Assembly: GCA_020891255.1 (NCBI GenBank)
Contig: BQFW01000002.1
Coordinates: forward strand, 2,790,001-2,854,000
Length of the DNA stretch: 64,000 bases
Reading direction: 5' to 3'
Source: Entomortierella parvispora E1425
Lineage: Eukaryota; Fungi; Mortierellomycota
The translations under genes and the position numbers were made by a program. The notes below the pieces were generated by a model. That model was not told the origin of the DNA, did not search any database, and was given only the letters and a program-made list of their open reading frames with translations. Positions 1 to 12,464 of the stretch are shown here, one piece after another (position 1 is the stretch's first letter; every line of letters starts with the position of its first letter).

Positions 1-1395
1 CTTGGACAAACTAACAGTCGATCCCTTTCTCGAGAGGGGTGATGTCGATCGGGGCCAGGATTGATGCTCCCGCGGCGAAGGAGGGCGGTATTGCCCCTGC
101 GGACGATGCTGTGGTTGCTGGAACGTTGTGGGGGGCTGGGGACCCTCAGCCTCTCTTGGCCGTTTTAAGCTAGGCTCAATTTTAGCAATGGGACCCTGGT
201 AATGTTGATAATGAGGATGATGAGGATACGATGGAGAATATACCGCTGCTGCAGAAGAGGGTCGTGGCGGTGGTGGTTGTGAAGGATATGATACTGGCGC
301 TGTCGAGGCTTTTGCGGCTGACGAGGATTCTGCATCCGCTAATTGACCAGATGAGGTGTGCAGTCGCTGCTGTGCCAACTCCTTCTCCCTTGCCGCCTTC
401 CTCTGCTTCTCCTCCTCCTTGAGCTGCTTGGTCTTTGCCTGGTGAAGCTGCTTCTGCCGCTGGAGATCCCACTGCAAGTACTCTTCCTGCCGTCTTAGTT
501 TCTCATCCAGAGCACGCTGCTTCTCGGCTGCCTGGGCCGCCTGGATTTTCTTTCGTTGTTGCCACCGTTCTTTTTGCTCCTTTTCGTGTTGGATAAGCTC
601 TTGCTCTAATTGCTCGCGTGTCCTCGTCTTCTGTGGTACCGGTTGCTGCTGTTTTTGTTGCTGGATATGGGGCTGGGGCGCGATTTGGGGCTGTTGTGAG
701 AGGCGAGGGGGTGGAGGCGATTGCATCTGTGCTCGATGTTCCTGCGGGTACCCAAAATTCTGTTGCGCACGAGGCGGCTCCGAGTTTCTGGGCTCCAACA
801 GTTGACTATTTGGCCTTTGTTGCTGTTGTTGCTGTTGTTGATGCTGTTGTGTGGGTAGGTGCTGTGAGTTGTGTTGTGGGTGCTCTGCATGAGTTGGTCC
901 GAGTGCACGGTGTGCCAGGGGCGCATGTGCATACTGATGTGGCAGAGGCAGAGGCGGTGAAGACATCTCGTCCCGTCGGCGTGCGTGTGGTTGAGAGATA
1001 AGCTGAGATAGGTGAGATTGTGGAGGGGGAGAACAGGGTGCAGGCTCGCCGCGACTGAATTCTCGGGGAAACTCTTGTTGATTGGACTGCAACTGGTGGT
1101 TATGGTAACCTCTCGGTGATGGAGGAGTGTTTTCGACTCGACCATGCTTGGCTGTCTCTTCCCTTGAGCGGGTCCAAGCAGCATCTCGAGTATCGCTATG
1201 GGGGGGAGGAGGAGGATAATATGGAAGATGATGGGAGATCGGGTCTGAGGAAGGGTGCCTTTGGTGGTGATGAGGATGAGAGTGGGGGTAGGAAGGATGG
1301 GAGTGGCGATTATGGGACTGTTGTGGGAGGGGATGCGGATGCGGATGGGTATAGGGCGACTCTGGTGGGTGCCGATATGTCTCCATGGTAGCCAT
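1..1395 (-). CDS. 5' part of a large low-complexity protein (Pro/His/Gln-rich N-terminus, poly-Q, Q/E/K/R coiled coil); continues beyond the window edge
   Basis: ATG at 1395 (MATMETYRHPPESPY...). The frame stays open to position 1 in the parts I read, and it encodes QLEQELIQHEKEQKERWQQRKKIQAAQAAEKQRALDEKLRRQEEY at about 420-610. It is missing from the ORF track because it has no stop inside the window; the 606..1538 ORF is a shadow frame. Confidence 0.7.
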   Translation of the reverse strand, partial: MATMETYRHPPESPYTHPHPHPLPQQSHNRHSHPSYPHSHPHHHQRHPSSDPISHHLPYYPPPPPHSDTRDAAWTRSREETAKHGRVENTPPSPRGYHNHQLQSNQQEFPREFSRGEPAPCSPPPQSHLSQLISQPHARRRDEMSSPPLPLPHQYAHAPLAHRALGPTHAEHPQHNSQHLPTQQHQQQQQQQQRPNSQLLEPRNSEPPRAQQNFGYPQEHRAQMQSPPPPRLSQQPQIAPQPHIQQQKQQQPVPQKTRTREQLEQELIQHEKEQKERWQQRKKIQAAQAAEKQRALDEKLRRQEEYLQWDLQRQKQLHQAKTKQLKEEEKQRKAAREKELAQQRLHTSSGQLADAESSSAAKASTAPVSYPSQPPPPRPSSAAAVYSPSYPHHPHYQHYQGPIAKIEPSLKRPREAEGPQPPTTFQQPQHRPQGQYRPPSPREHQSWPRSTSPLSRKGSTVSLSK

Positions 1396-4348
1396 CCTTG
1401 GACTCTGGATGATGTTGATACAAAAGGGGAACGAAGGTGGGTGAGGGAAGGTAAGAGAGGTGAAAGAGATGAGCGAGTGCGAGAAGATACAAAAGTGGAG
1501 GGAGGAAGCGAGGGATGAGCAACTGAGCAAAGGAACAAACGGCGGATATTAATGGGATGAGAGGAAGGGCCAAGGGTATTAATTATTACGGTGAAGGTTC
1601 GAAGGGCAGGAGGGAAAGTGGAAGAGAAAAGACCGAATGTGAAAAAGAGTTGAAAACGAGTAAGGACAAAGAGCTGGATAAGGCGGAGATTCAGAACTGA
1701 GCGATCACTTGCTGGGTTGTAGGATTGAATAGTGACTGAATGACAGGGGCACAGGCTGTAGAAAACGATAAAATGAAGAAAGAGTGAGCTGCTGAACGCG
1801 TCTTCAGCCCAAGAGAGTCAAAATGGGATGATTTTCTCAGTGAAAAAGGGACATTTTAAAAGAATTGGGTGTTCAAACACACTGAATGGTTTCTCCCGGA
1901 TTGAATTAAAGAGCAGAAAAGGGTATTGAAAGGGAAGATGGTCCCTGCATCTACTCAGCTGCGAGGCCGTCCGTGAGCAAGAAAACTTTTAGTGTCACCG
2001 TCCTGGAAACACAGCACTGCAGCAAACAAACAGCCAGAGCCAAAGGCAAGCAAAAATGAGGACAAAGGCAAGGCGCCCAGGGCACGCACAAAGTGAACAC
2101 AAGAAAATAAAAACAACATCTTACACCCAACCTCACGATCGTTGCTCATGTTTTTTTTCCGACTTTACTTGGTCTTCTTTCTTCCTTTCTGTCTGTCGTC
2201 CGGCTTGCAATGAGGAATATCCGGCGCACGAAGCAAATGTCGATTCTTGATCACCAATTGCTCTTTAAAGTCCAAAGGAGAAAACCTGATCCTCCGTTTC
2301 GTGAGAGTTACAAGGAAGAAAGAATCAGCGTATTTTTTGTCAGGGTAAAGGTCTATTTCATTTTCATACCCGCAAATACCCAGCGGAAAAAAAAAAAAAA
2401 AAAAGGATCAACCATACGAAGGGCTCAAGTAGCTCGTTTCGATCATAGTGACAGCCCACAGGAAGAAAAGGAACCAGACAAGTCCAGAACGATCCAAAAG
2501 AGAAGAGGGTTCAAAAGAGAATCAACAGGGCGAACAGACTCTCGTTTTTAGCGTTTGGTCCTTTGCCGCACATCAAAAACTCTTTTGGTTTGGAAGAGTA
2601 CAAACATTATCGATCTGTTGTTAGAGCCCACTTTTTTTTTGTTGCCGCCGGAGTGTTGATGCATCCGCCTGTCGTCTGTTTGTTGTCTTGACAATCAATC
2701 GCATGTGCAAAGCAAAAATAAAAGTTGATAGAGTGGGGGGAGAAACAAAGACGTGTAATCTCGCCGCCCTTTTTTCATCCTTGTGACAGGATACCTTCTC
2801 CAGTGGCATTGCGCCGCGTTCGGCAAACACACCCGCCCAATTTTTTTATTTGGGTCACAACATCAGCCGCTACTACAAAATGAAAAGTAGACTGAACAGG
2901 CTCAGTATTTCAATACCCTAATGAACTGATGCAGAATGGTCCCATCACAAAGGAAACCTCGACAAAAGGGCTGACAGTTCGGGGTTCTATCCCACCAATA
3001 CTATCTGCAAAGCTGGGTAAGATCTTCCCGCCCTCGTCCATCTTTTGTTTCTCTTTATCTCCTTGATTCTGACTTCTCGCCCTTGTTTTGTCATCATTTG
3101 GCTCTTTGATACAAGCGTGGGATAGACGAAACGTCAAAGTAACGGATTTCATAGGGGGAAGTCGCCAGATAACACACAACATGGGGGCTTGTCAAATGGG
3201 TGAGCATTTTGAGGGCAAAAAAAAAAAAAAGAGCAACAGGTCTGTACGTCCTCAGGCTCGTAATCCAGCTCTGCATGAGAAACTTGACAAAACCATAGAC
3301 CTCCACAGAACTTCCCGCGGAGCTTTTGCCCTTTCTCCCTCCCACCCTCTTTGTGTCCGCCTATGGCTGGGAGGAGATTGGCGACCCTTATGTAGTTTCC
3401 TCTATGTTCCTTTTTGCGCTCTCTTTAGTCCAGCCTCATTTTGCGCCAAATCTGCCGTTTGCCCTGTGGTAGTTTTTCGGAGGTGCTTCCGAGTTCAAAG
3501 AATGCTTTTTTTTAAAGCAACATGAATCTCACCTGGGTACAGGGATACAAAACATAAATGGATGGTGATAGTCCAGGGATGCTCGTGAGGTTCATACTCT
3601 GGTAAAGACCGCACGCGTCCTGCTGAGTTTGAACGGAGACAAAAGAGGGGGGCTGTTGATCACCCACCCTTGCTCCTGCCCTATGTTCCTCCGAAGAATG
3701 GGTACAGTGAGCTCCCTGATTCAACAAAGTATGTACATACTGTAAACGCAACGACTCTTTCAAATGTTGAGCCTTCAAAGCGGTGTTTGGTTGGGCGTGC
3801 AGATGAAAACACTTTTTTTTTTTTTTTTTTTGGAATCCAGTCAGTCCATGGGCTCTCTTTTCTTCCTTCAAGGGCCGTTTTGTTTCTTCTCCATTCTTGG
3901 GCAACTGTCTTTGATCGTCTCTTGATTAGAAATTGTTTGCTTCTTTAATCGAGTTCGCCTGGTTCAAGATTGGTCCCCTCGTTTTTTGATTCTATCAAAA
4001 AAGAAGAGAAAAACCTAGATTTCAACGTCGCAGTCATTATTATTGGATGATGCGGAATGGGAAGACGCGATCTAGGTTGAGAACAAAAAGCACTTCTTTC
4101 AGGGGAAAATGTGCGCGTTCCCCAACTTGTGGTTTGGCCCTTTTTCGAAAACCGAAGTACAGTACATATACAGTTCACCGCTCTGAAAGATACAAGAGCC
4201 ATGCTAGAAAATGAATCCAAATTTCTGTTAAAGGCTGCTTCCCTCAAGGAGCAGTGGGAAGAGTTGAGCACAAGGCCACAGAAGAAACTTGGAGCGACTT
4301 CCCCGAGCCAACCAGCTTCTTGTGCACCTTGTGCTACATTTGATGTCT

Positions 4349-4392
4349 GAGAGAGAGAGAGAGAGAGAGAGAGAGTGTGTGTGTGTGTGTGA
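4349..4392. repeat. Compound microsatellite (GA)n(GT)n
   Basis: Seen directly: about 13 GA units followed by about 8 GT units. Confidence 0.95.
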
Positions 4393-6705
4393 GTAAAATG
4401 AGAGAATGGAGAACACAACCACAAAAAGCCATTGGCTTGTTGACTTGTGTAGGGTCTTCATTGGTGGATCTTCTACCACAACGCCTAAGAAGACGGGGGG
4501 TGAACAAAGCCTACTGGTAGAAAGGTAAAAACCAGTTTATAGAAAAATCTTCTCATGCAACGTTTCTATCAATTTTTTTTTTTTTTTTGGTCATCAATTT
4601 TGGGTGTTGAGCTGCTGATTGCTGTGTGCGAATGCACATGCATCTCGTCTCGTTGGTTTTCAATAAAAGTGCATGAATGCAACACAAATCAACAAACGAA
4701 CCACAGACATCACGCACTCTTTTTTTTTGGTGTGAGTGTGTGTGCTTCTTGACGTTTGGAAACGGCGGGTGATGATAAAAAGAACGTATGGAAGGTCGCG
4801 TCGTACAAGAGTTGGTGAGCTGCAATTGCAAGCTACATGTACTGTACTGCATTGACCTGACCTGTTGCAGGGAGACACGAGCTCAGAACCCGATTCCACC
4901 CTTTGGTTGAGCCCTCTCTTCTTTTCTTGCTTTCTTTCGTTTTTTTTCCTGTGCCCACAAAGGAACTCACATAGAAGATCCTTTCAAGGACTTCTGTGCG
5001 ACAAACTTGCTGTGCTTCAAAACAAAAAGAAAACTATGGGTTCCCCTCGCGCCTGTTCCCATGCCTGCAGCGTGCCATCCGACGTGAGAAAGGGGGTGAC
5101 AGAATGGTCTACTGACAAAGATTTGAAAGGGGGTGATCACATTTGAATACCTTTCTCACTTGTGTTTCTATTTGTTTTTCTGTGGTGTTGTTTCCCGAAG
5201 AGTATTGCTGGGAGTTCTATTTTTTCGTTGTGCTCTGCCCTGCGCCCATTTTCAGTGGGGTGCAGTACATTTTAAAAGGGCATTAGGTACGTGCCAAGGG
5301 TGTACGAGATGCAGGCTACTCTCATGCAAAGCAAAAAAGGGCACGCACAGGAAGAGATGGTACCATTCAGAACATATATGCACCTTCATCGGTACAGTAG
5401 TCTGCCTTGCCCTGACGTGCTCCAATCCAGCAGCATCGAAAACCACACTATTACATTTGAACCGAATAACTCCCTCTTTCTCACGATCTTGTACCCTGTG
5501 TATCTGCGGACAAAATTGGTGCCATGGTAGATGAGAATGGCTCACAAAAGAGCACAAAAAAAAAAAAAACGAAAGCCTGAGCCCTACTTTCAGTCCAGCG
5601 TTAGCAGTCTGCATGAATGTGTTTTCTATGGCAGACCATGTAGTCCTCCTTGAAAGAATCGGGAGGTAATAAATCACTCATCGTTTCGCCGCCTGAGCTT
5701 TTACAAAACCACACGCAGTAACCAAAGGTACGTGACAAGCTTTGCCAAAAATATACAAAGTTGACCTCTGCGCAACAGCCTGAGCTGTTGTTTTGCTGCT
5801 GAGGTACGCAGCAGGTCAGCCTGGATTTCCTAGGGGGCGCACGATGACCAGATAGGAGCTGTTTGAGAACTCAATAGCTACTTTCGATATATTATTGAGA
5901 GCCACCAGGTTATACAAATGAAAAAAAAACCTCTCTCTGGATAATACAACTACTGGAGATGTGCCGTGATAGGACAACGATAGTTTAGCACCGTGCGTAC
6001 CTCTGCCTTTTGCGAAAAAAAACAGATTGGTATCTCGGATTCTCCATCCGCGAGGTCTTCATGAGTCCATTGGACTAACGGATCAACGAAAAGTCGCTCG
6101 TTCTTTTAAGTCGCATCCTAGCGCCTCTTTTTCTATAGGAAGCAAGGTTAACTTGAATCAGCTTCCGGGAAAGAACACGCAGAGCCAGAGATGGCGAGGC
6201 ATATGTCCTTCCGAGGAATGTGGATGTCAACAACAGCAGACGCCAGCCGAGTTTTTTTGAGAGCCAAGTTGCCAAAAGGGGGAAGCACTGACATATACGA
6301 TTGGTAAGGAATCCAGAGCCGACAAATCCATCATCGCTTCAGCAGGGGCTTAATGACTAGCGGTGCCGGAGGGGAGCCAGGAACCAGGATGGCCGCCAAC
6401 CTGTTGCGGATAAACGCTTAGGCAAACTCTCGCATCCCAACAGAAAAAAAGCCCCTGGCAAAAACAGTGAAGTCGCGTCCTTTGGGCGCGTTTCCCACTG
6501 CAATTACGTGAGAGCCCCTTAATACATCGCCTCTTCCTCCACATGCAAATTGCACAGGAACTCAAACCGGTTATTTCTTTGCCGGGGAATTGATGCATCT
6601 CTTCATTGACTCCATTCCTTCTTCTGAGCTCGAGTTCTTCTTTTCTTCTTTCTTATTTTTATATCACAATCCTTCACCATCTCGACTCATTTGCTTCCTA
6701 CCGCC

Positions 6706-7712
6706 ATGTCTGCGATCACGACCCTGAGTCGTCCTGCCCTTGACTTTGTACAGGCGCTCTCGCTCTCGCCGTGGAACGTGGGAGTCCAGATCACAGCCGT
6801 GGCGTTGCCCTGTTTGCTCCTGTCGGAGACCGCGAAGTCTTCCTTGGGTCGATGGATCTTTAAGCCTCTTGCATCCTTTGGTTTCTTGGTCGCAGCCCTG
6901 TCCTACCTCCCTTCCAGTGTCAGCTCTACAACGAGCGCAACATCCTTTGCAACCCTCTCGGATTTGACTAGAGCTTTGACCAGCTCTGGTGTCTTGGGTT
7001 TGGCGAATTCCTACGCGGTCGAGATCAAACACATCGTCATGAATGTGGCTCCTACGCTCTTCAACTCTGCATCTTCTGTGGCCGCTACCTCTGCTGTGGT
7101 TCATACAACATATACCAAGGCCATGATGGGCGCCTTTGTGTTGGGCTGGATCGGAGATGTGCTGTTGATTCCTCATAAGGGATTCTTGCCTGGCTTGGCC
7201 AGTTTCTTGGCAGGACATGCAGCTTTCATGGTTGCGTTCACGTTCCACGGTCAGGATGCAGTGGCGAGACAGAAGGCTCTGGGATTCATTGTAGCCATGG
7301 CTGCGGTCGTGGGACCTTGGTTGTTGCCCAAGATCAAAAACAAGATCATGCGAACTGCTGTAAGTGCATTTTTTACTGCTCGAAAGATATCCCTTGAATT
7401 CTGCGAATTTCTCTCTCACTGATGGAGTGAATCGTTACTATTTGTTCCTTTCCTCGTCTTTAGGTCATTGCATACATGCTTGTAATCAGTGGAATGGTCA
7501 TGACAGCATTTGGAAGCATCAACTGTGGACGTGAGTTCTTGCCAGAGCGTATCTTGGGCGCCTTGTTGTTCTTCTTCTCGGATCTCTTTGTGGCGCGTCA
7601 ACATTTCGTGCACAAGACTGTGCTGAACAAGTGGATTGGACTTCCTCTTTACTATATCGGTCAGATCCTGTTGGCCTCTACCCTCCGTGGTGAGCATGTC
7701 TTGAACCGTTGA
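6706..7712 (+). CDS. YhhN/TMEM86-family lysoplasmalogenase-like multi-pass membrane protein (2 exons)
   Basis: Motifs IFKPLASFGF, GWIGDVLL, GLASFLAGH, IAYMLVISGM, GALLFFFSDLF and LPLYYIGQILLA. Intron 7360-7463 (GTAAGT...TAG) joins RTA|VIAYM in frame. Confidence 0.85.
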
Positions 7713-8289
7713 AACACAGACACGGAAATTGGAATGCCAATAAAGAATGATATACCATTTTAATGATGACCGTTATTTCCAAGAGAAGAGAGAGAGGGGC
7801 AAAAAAAAAAAGAGTTTATGATTTTTTCTGTTTATTGGGGGTTGGGAGAACTTTTGATGTTTAAAAGTCGGAGAAAATGGTGGCAAATAGGGTATATTAC
7901 AGACAGGAGCGAAGGATGAGAAGGAGGTTTGCACAGAAGAGGTCAGTTCTGTTTGCTGGATGATAATAAGTCACCCAGCTAAGCGAGACTCAAGGATGAA
8001 GAAAAGGAAGGGCGGGGATGATGGAGGTATACAATGAAAGTACAATGGGTGATACGTGCTGGGGTGCTGAAACAAAATGGAAAAAGCAGACTTAGGGTCA
8101 CAAGGCTTGAAGAAAAATGAAGCAAGACAAAAAAAGTTGAAGTGCATGTGCTATGCCTGACCATGGAGAGTGGTGGGGGCAAGGGGCGGAGGTGCATGGC
8201 AACTGAGTCCTGTTTGTTTTCGAGAGCAGAAAAAAAAGGCATCTCTTGACAACGAGAACGTCCACGCAGTTGTACCGCAGTCAGTCCCG

Positions 8290-10358
8290 TTAGAACCGAT
8301 CGGGATCCTCAAAGAGTTGCTGAGATTGATAAAGGGTCTGGGAGTCGTAGATATTGCTGGTTTGGATAGCCTGCTGGATTCCAGTGCTGTAGGTACTGCT
8401 TCTGTATGAGTGATGCTTGTTGAGTCCTAATTGCTTGATTGACCAGCGTTGTGAGAGCGACCGCTCAAATTCAGCGAGTTTCCATGACGAGGCAATACCC
8501 TTGAAGATTTTGCTCACAACATCGGCTCGCCACAGCAGTCCATGAGTACCTCCTTCGATGACGCTCAGTGTACATTGGGGAAGTCGTTGTTCCATCCAGT
8601 CCACTGCTTCTTTTGAAATGACGGCATCCTATGATAAATCGATAACAAAAAAAAAGTTTTGTCAGCAAAATGAAGTGAGCATTTTAGAATGCCATATGGA
8701 AATGAAATGGCTCCCATGCATCGCCCAAAGAGACTCTCACTCCTCCCCCTCTTCTTCCTGCCCAGATCATGTGCAGGGCGAGCCACCCTGATTCCTGTCC
8801 CACCACCCAAAAAACGGGAAATGAAAAAAAGGAAGTAAAAAAAACGGCTCAACAATCTGCGTAGTCGTCATCCACATTTCCTGCTCTTCTCACCCTCCCA
8901 ACAGCTCTCGTCGACATGGTCCACGTTTGCCACCCTGTTTCGATCCTGTATTGACTCTCCTCAGGTACGCGCATCGTTCCTGAAATGAGAAAATGAGACA
9001 CATCCTTCTCCTAGCCCGTATCCTGCCGTAGATGTAAACAATGGGATTCACGTCCCACCATCGATCTCCCTGACAAATGTTGAGAACAGAGCATGCATTG
9101 CATAGAGATGTGTCATTTGCCGCCGCCCCGATTAAAAGAAACAAATAATATTGCTGTAGCAATGCATCCTGCAGCCCTCTACCGTCGTGTGGTTTTTTTG
9201 TTGATGTTTGTGCATGTGCCTGCTGCTCGGGATGGCGGGATTGTGAGTCGACTTTACCTTGGTGCCCCAAAAGACATGCACGGGCAGTGTTACGTCCTTG
9301 TAACTGAATCCAAAGGAATGGTAGAGTTCCAAACACACCATCAGGTCATTGTTGGCCCCCTCGAGACTCTCGGCCATGTTATCCTGCAGCATGGCTTTGA
9401 CCAATTTCTCTCGGTCATAATTGAGGATGTTGGGGTCAGACTTGCATGGTGGCTCTTTGGCGGCCACAGATAGGGACTTGTACAATAGACTGGCGGTGCT
9501 CTGGCTCTTAAGCAAGGTGGTGGGCACATGTCGGATCCACTTCATTCGCTTTGCCAAGGTCAAATGCACCCATGGGGACATCAGCCAAACGGTGCCAACG
9601 ATCCTGGATTTGAGTCGAAGTGCGCATGCCATAGCATAGATGGCTCCACATGAATGACCCATGACTGAGAACTTTTGAATGTTGAATCCGTTTGCCATCT
9701 CCTCGACGATCTCTGCCATCCTAAGAGGTGTCCATGACTATAATGCAATAAAAGACGGGAGCGGGAAAAGGCGATCCGAATGAGACAATGGGTCCAGATA
9801 CGAAAAAGGGAAAGGAAGCGTCGCGTCTCCTTCTTTTTTATCCTCCGTTTGAACGCATCACTCACCTCTGGCTGGGTTGTGTGGGACATGCCGACACCCG
9901 GGCGATCGATGCAGTAGATCCGGAGGGAGTGCTTGAATGCCAAGTCCTCGAGAATGATGGAGTAGTAGCGCATGCACCCCAAGCCAAGACTGGGTGCAAC
10001 AGAGAGCAACAGGGGGACAATAGGGGGACGGTTAGCAAGTGACAAAATAGAAAAAGTAGAGCACGTCCCGTCTTATGTCTCCTTGCTGCGTTAGCTCAGG
10101 GACAGGATGGAGCTAAAGCCAGACGAGCAACGGATAGACTGACAAGGTGGAGAATGCATTGACAGACAGGCAAACTTACAAGCAAAAGACAGGGTGTCCG
10201 CAAGGGTGACCCACCTCGGCAAAAGACACGAGGCGGCCCGAAAAGAGTTCATAACGCTGGTTCATGTCGACACAACCTAGTGTGGCCTCGACATCGGCCA
10301 TGGTTGGGATGCTGTCAAAGGACCGGATCGAGGCCGTCTCAGACATTCGCCGGGACAT
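8290..10358 (-). CDS. Alpha/beta-hydrolase fold protein (AB_hydrolase_1-like) with intact Ser-Asp-His triad, 4 exons
   Basis: Exons about 10358-10180, 9989-9866, 9737-9258 and 8628-8290. Motifs VSFAEVG, IDRPGVGMS, nucleophile GHSCG, WGTK|D and GGTHG. Confidence 0.85.
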
Positions 10359-12464
10359 GATGGATGCAAGAGTAAGTGTCGCGTGAATGAGGTAAGGGAA
10401 GAGGGAAGGGAAGGCGAGAGTGGTACAGAGGAAACGAAAGAGGGAAGAAAAGTAGAAAATAAAAAAATAAAAAGGAGCCGCGAATCAGGTCAGAGGGAAT
10501 GGCCGTTGCGACGGACACACAAAAAAAGGGGGGCGAAGGCGGGAATGAGAGAAAGAGAATGCTGTGCAAGGATGCGATGATGGAGAAGGGAGAGAAGAAG
10601 AGGAATGAGATTGTCCTTTTTCGACTGGACTTGTCAGGGAAGACAAATAACGGCCAAGGGTCAAAATAAAAAATAAATAAAAAAAAAAAACGAACTGGAC
10701 GGAGGGAAATAAAGGGTGCCGCCAATTGGTGCGATGCTGGTCACGACAAAACTCTGCTTGACAGACAAAAGGTATTTTTAAAGAGACAAGGAACGTGGGT
10801 AGACCGTGGCGCGAAGTTTAAAGGGAGTGTGTGTCTGTGAACGTAACCAGGGTTGCAGCTGACGATGGGGTAAGAAGAACAGCAGCGAGAATGGGAACAA
10901 GAGCGGTCAAGAGTATTGGCGCAGCAGGTCTGGTGCAGTTGCGGTGCCAAGAAGGGCTGAGTGCTGGAAAGATGAGGAGGTGGGAGAGGGGTATTCTTGG
11001 GTAGCTGCCAGGGTGCACAATGGAAGAAAGACAGGCAGTAATGGCTTGAGAGAAGAATAGAGGAGAAGGTGGAGGTGAAGAGGAGAAAGAAAGTGAAAGA
11101 GGCAATCGAACCCTTCCGTTCCCTGATCGTTTGTTCATCCCCTCATGGGAATGGGGCCCTCCTTCACTCCGCGCCCTCCGTCCTGTTCCCCCGACCATTC
11201 ACTGCTGTCTTCTATGAACGGTTTCGTCCCACTCGACCGTGCTCTCAGCCGTTGTGCGACGGCGCAATGAACTCTTTTCTCTTCTTCCCTTTCCCTCCCC
11301 AACTTCTCTCTGTCCAACCGCAAACACATTCTTTCGCTGCTCAGTCCCTTCCACCCAGATGAGCACAAACAGAGACACACCCCAACCACCGTCACCACCA
11401 CCATCCCGTAATCTGTCCAACATAATCACGCACTCTTGCCGCCTTTCTTCATCATTTCCATCCGCGGAAAGAATAAATACACACCCCTCTCTTCTAAAAA
11501 AAAGGGCTCAATTGACCGTATCTTGCTTCTTGCGCCCTCCTGTCTGTTCGATCCACTGTTCGCTATCAATTGTCCATCTTTTAAACCTTCACTCCCACGC
11601 ACACTCTCTCACTCGCAATTATGGCATGACCTTAAGATCTCTCTTCCTTTTTCACATATACCTCCCCTTGTGTTTGAAAGATATCAGATTGCTCAAAAAG
11701 ATCGATATGCAGGAGGTAGGTCAATTGAGATCATCATCACTCAGCTCCATCTTTCTTTTTTGTTAGTTCTAGGGGCTGGAGTAGAAAGTGCGGGTGCACA
11801 GATGAACATCTTCCCGACTCTGCTGCAGTGCCTGACCTCCCCTCAAGGATTTCAATTATTCAATTGCTAATGACCGGAAACGACGCAATCAACAACATCA
11901 GAGTTCTGAGGAATGTTCGGGCACCTCTGGCTTTTTCAACCCCTGCATGAGGCAAACCCTCCCATAAGCCATTTGTGTTTTTGTGCAACCCTTCATCGCC
12001 CTTTCCTACCCCCTTCAAACAAGGTATTGGGTAACCTAGGGGGGTGTCTGAAGTTTAGAGGATCCGCGGGGTCAATCGTTCCCGCAGCCGAGGAATAAAG
12101 GTTACGTGGCAATGAAGAAGTGGAAGGGGGGTGGATGCAGAGGTTCTAATCCCACCCCCTGTTCCAGGTTCTCAGTCAGCGGGCTGACAACACCATAATC
12201 GGGGCCGAAGTTTGTCCTTGTACATTCTGAAACGTGGACGCATGAGATCTTCATTTGTTCGCGCTTTCATTCGCGTTTGAGCACCATGTCCCTTTTGTTT
12301 TTGTGTATACTTTATTCGACGCTAACCTAGCGAAGCACCACCACAAAGTCGCAAAAGCTGCGATCCATGTGAGCTTGCTGTCTCCGTTCATCTCTCCCGT
12401 TATTTTGCGTGCAAGTCTGCACTCTTTGGTCACAAAATGACTGTGTAAATGGACAGGGGGACTA

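Noticed and set aside
606-1538. 310-aa ORF in the track
   Set aside because: It is a shadow frame of the real reading frame starting at ATG 1395, which gives coherent Pro/His/Gln and coiled-coil sequence.
3698-3900. MGTVSSLIQQ followed by GTATGT, resembling a myristoylated first exon
   Set aside because: None of the nearby acceptors I tried gives a sustained protein-like frame.
4111-4350. 79-aa ORF with a mildly helical middle
   Set aside because: It has a GTG start, no motif, and ends at a microsatellite; not supportable.
4764-4865. GTGATGA...CTGA pair about 90 nt apart, like a box C/D snoRNA
   Set aside because: The terminal stem is poor and I recognised no rRNA-complementary guide.
6664-7419. 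251-aa minus-strand ORF
   Set aside because: Antisense shadow of the YhhN gene.
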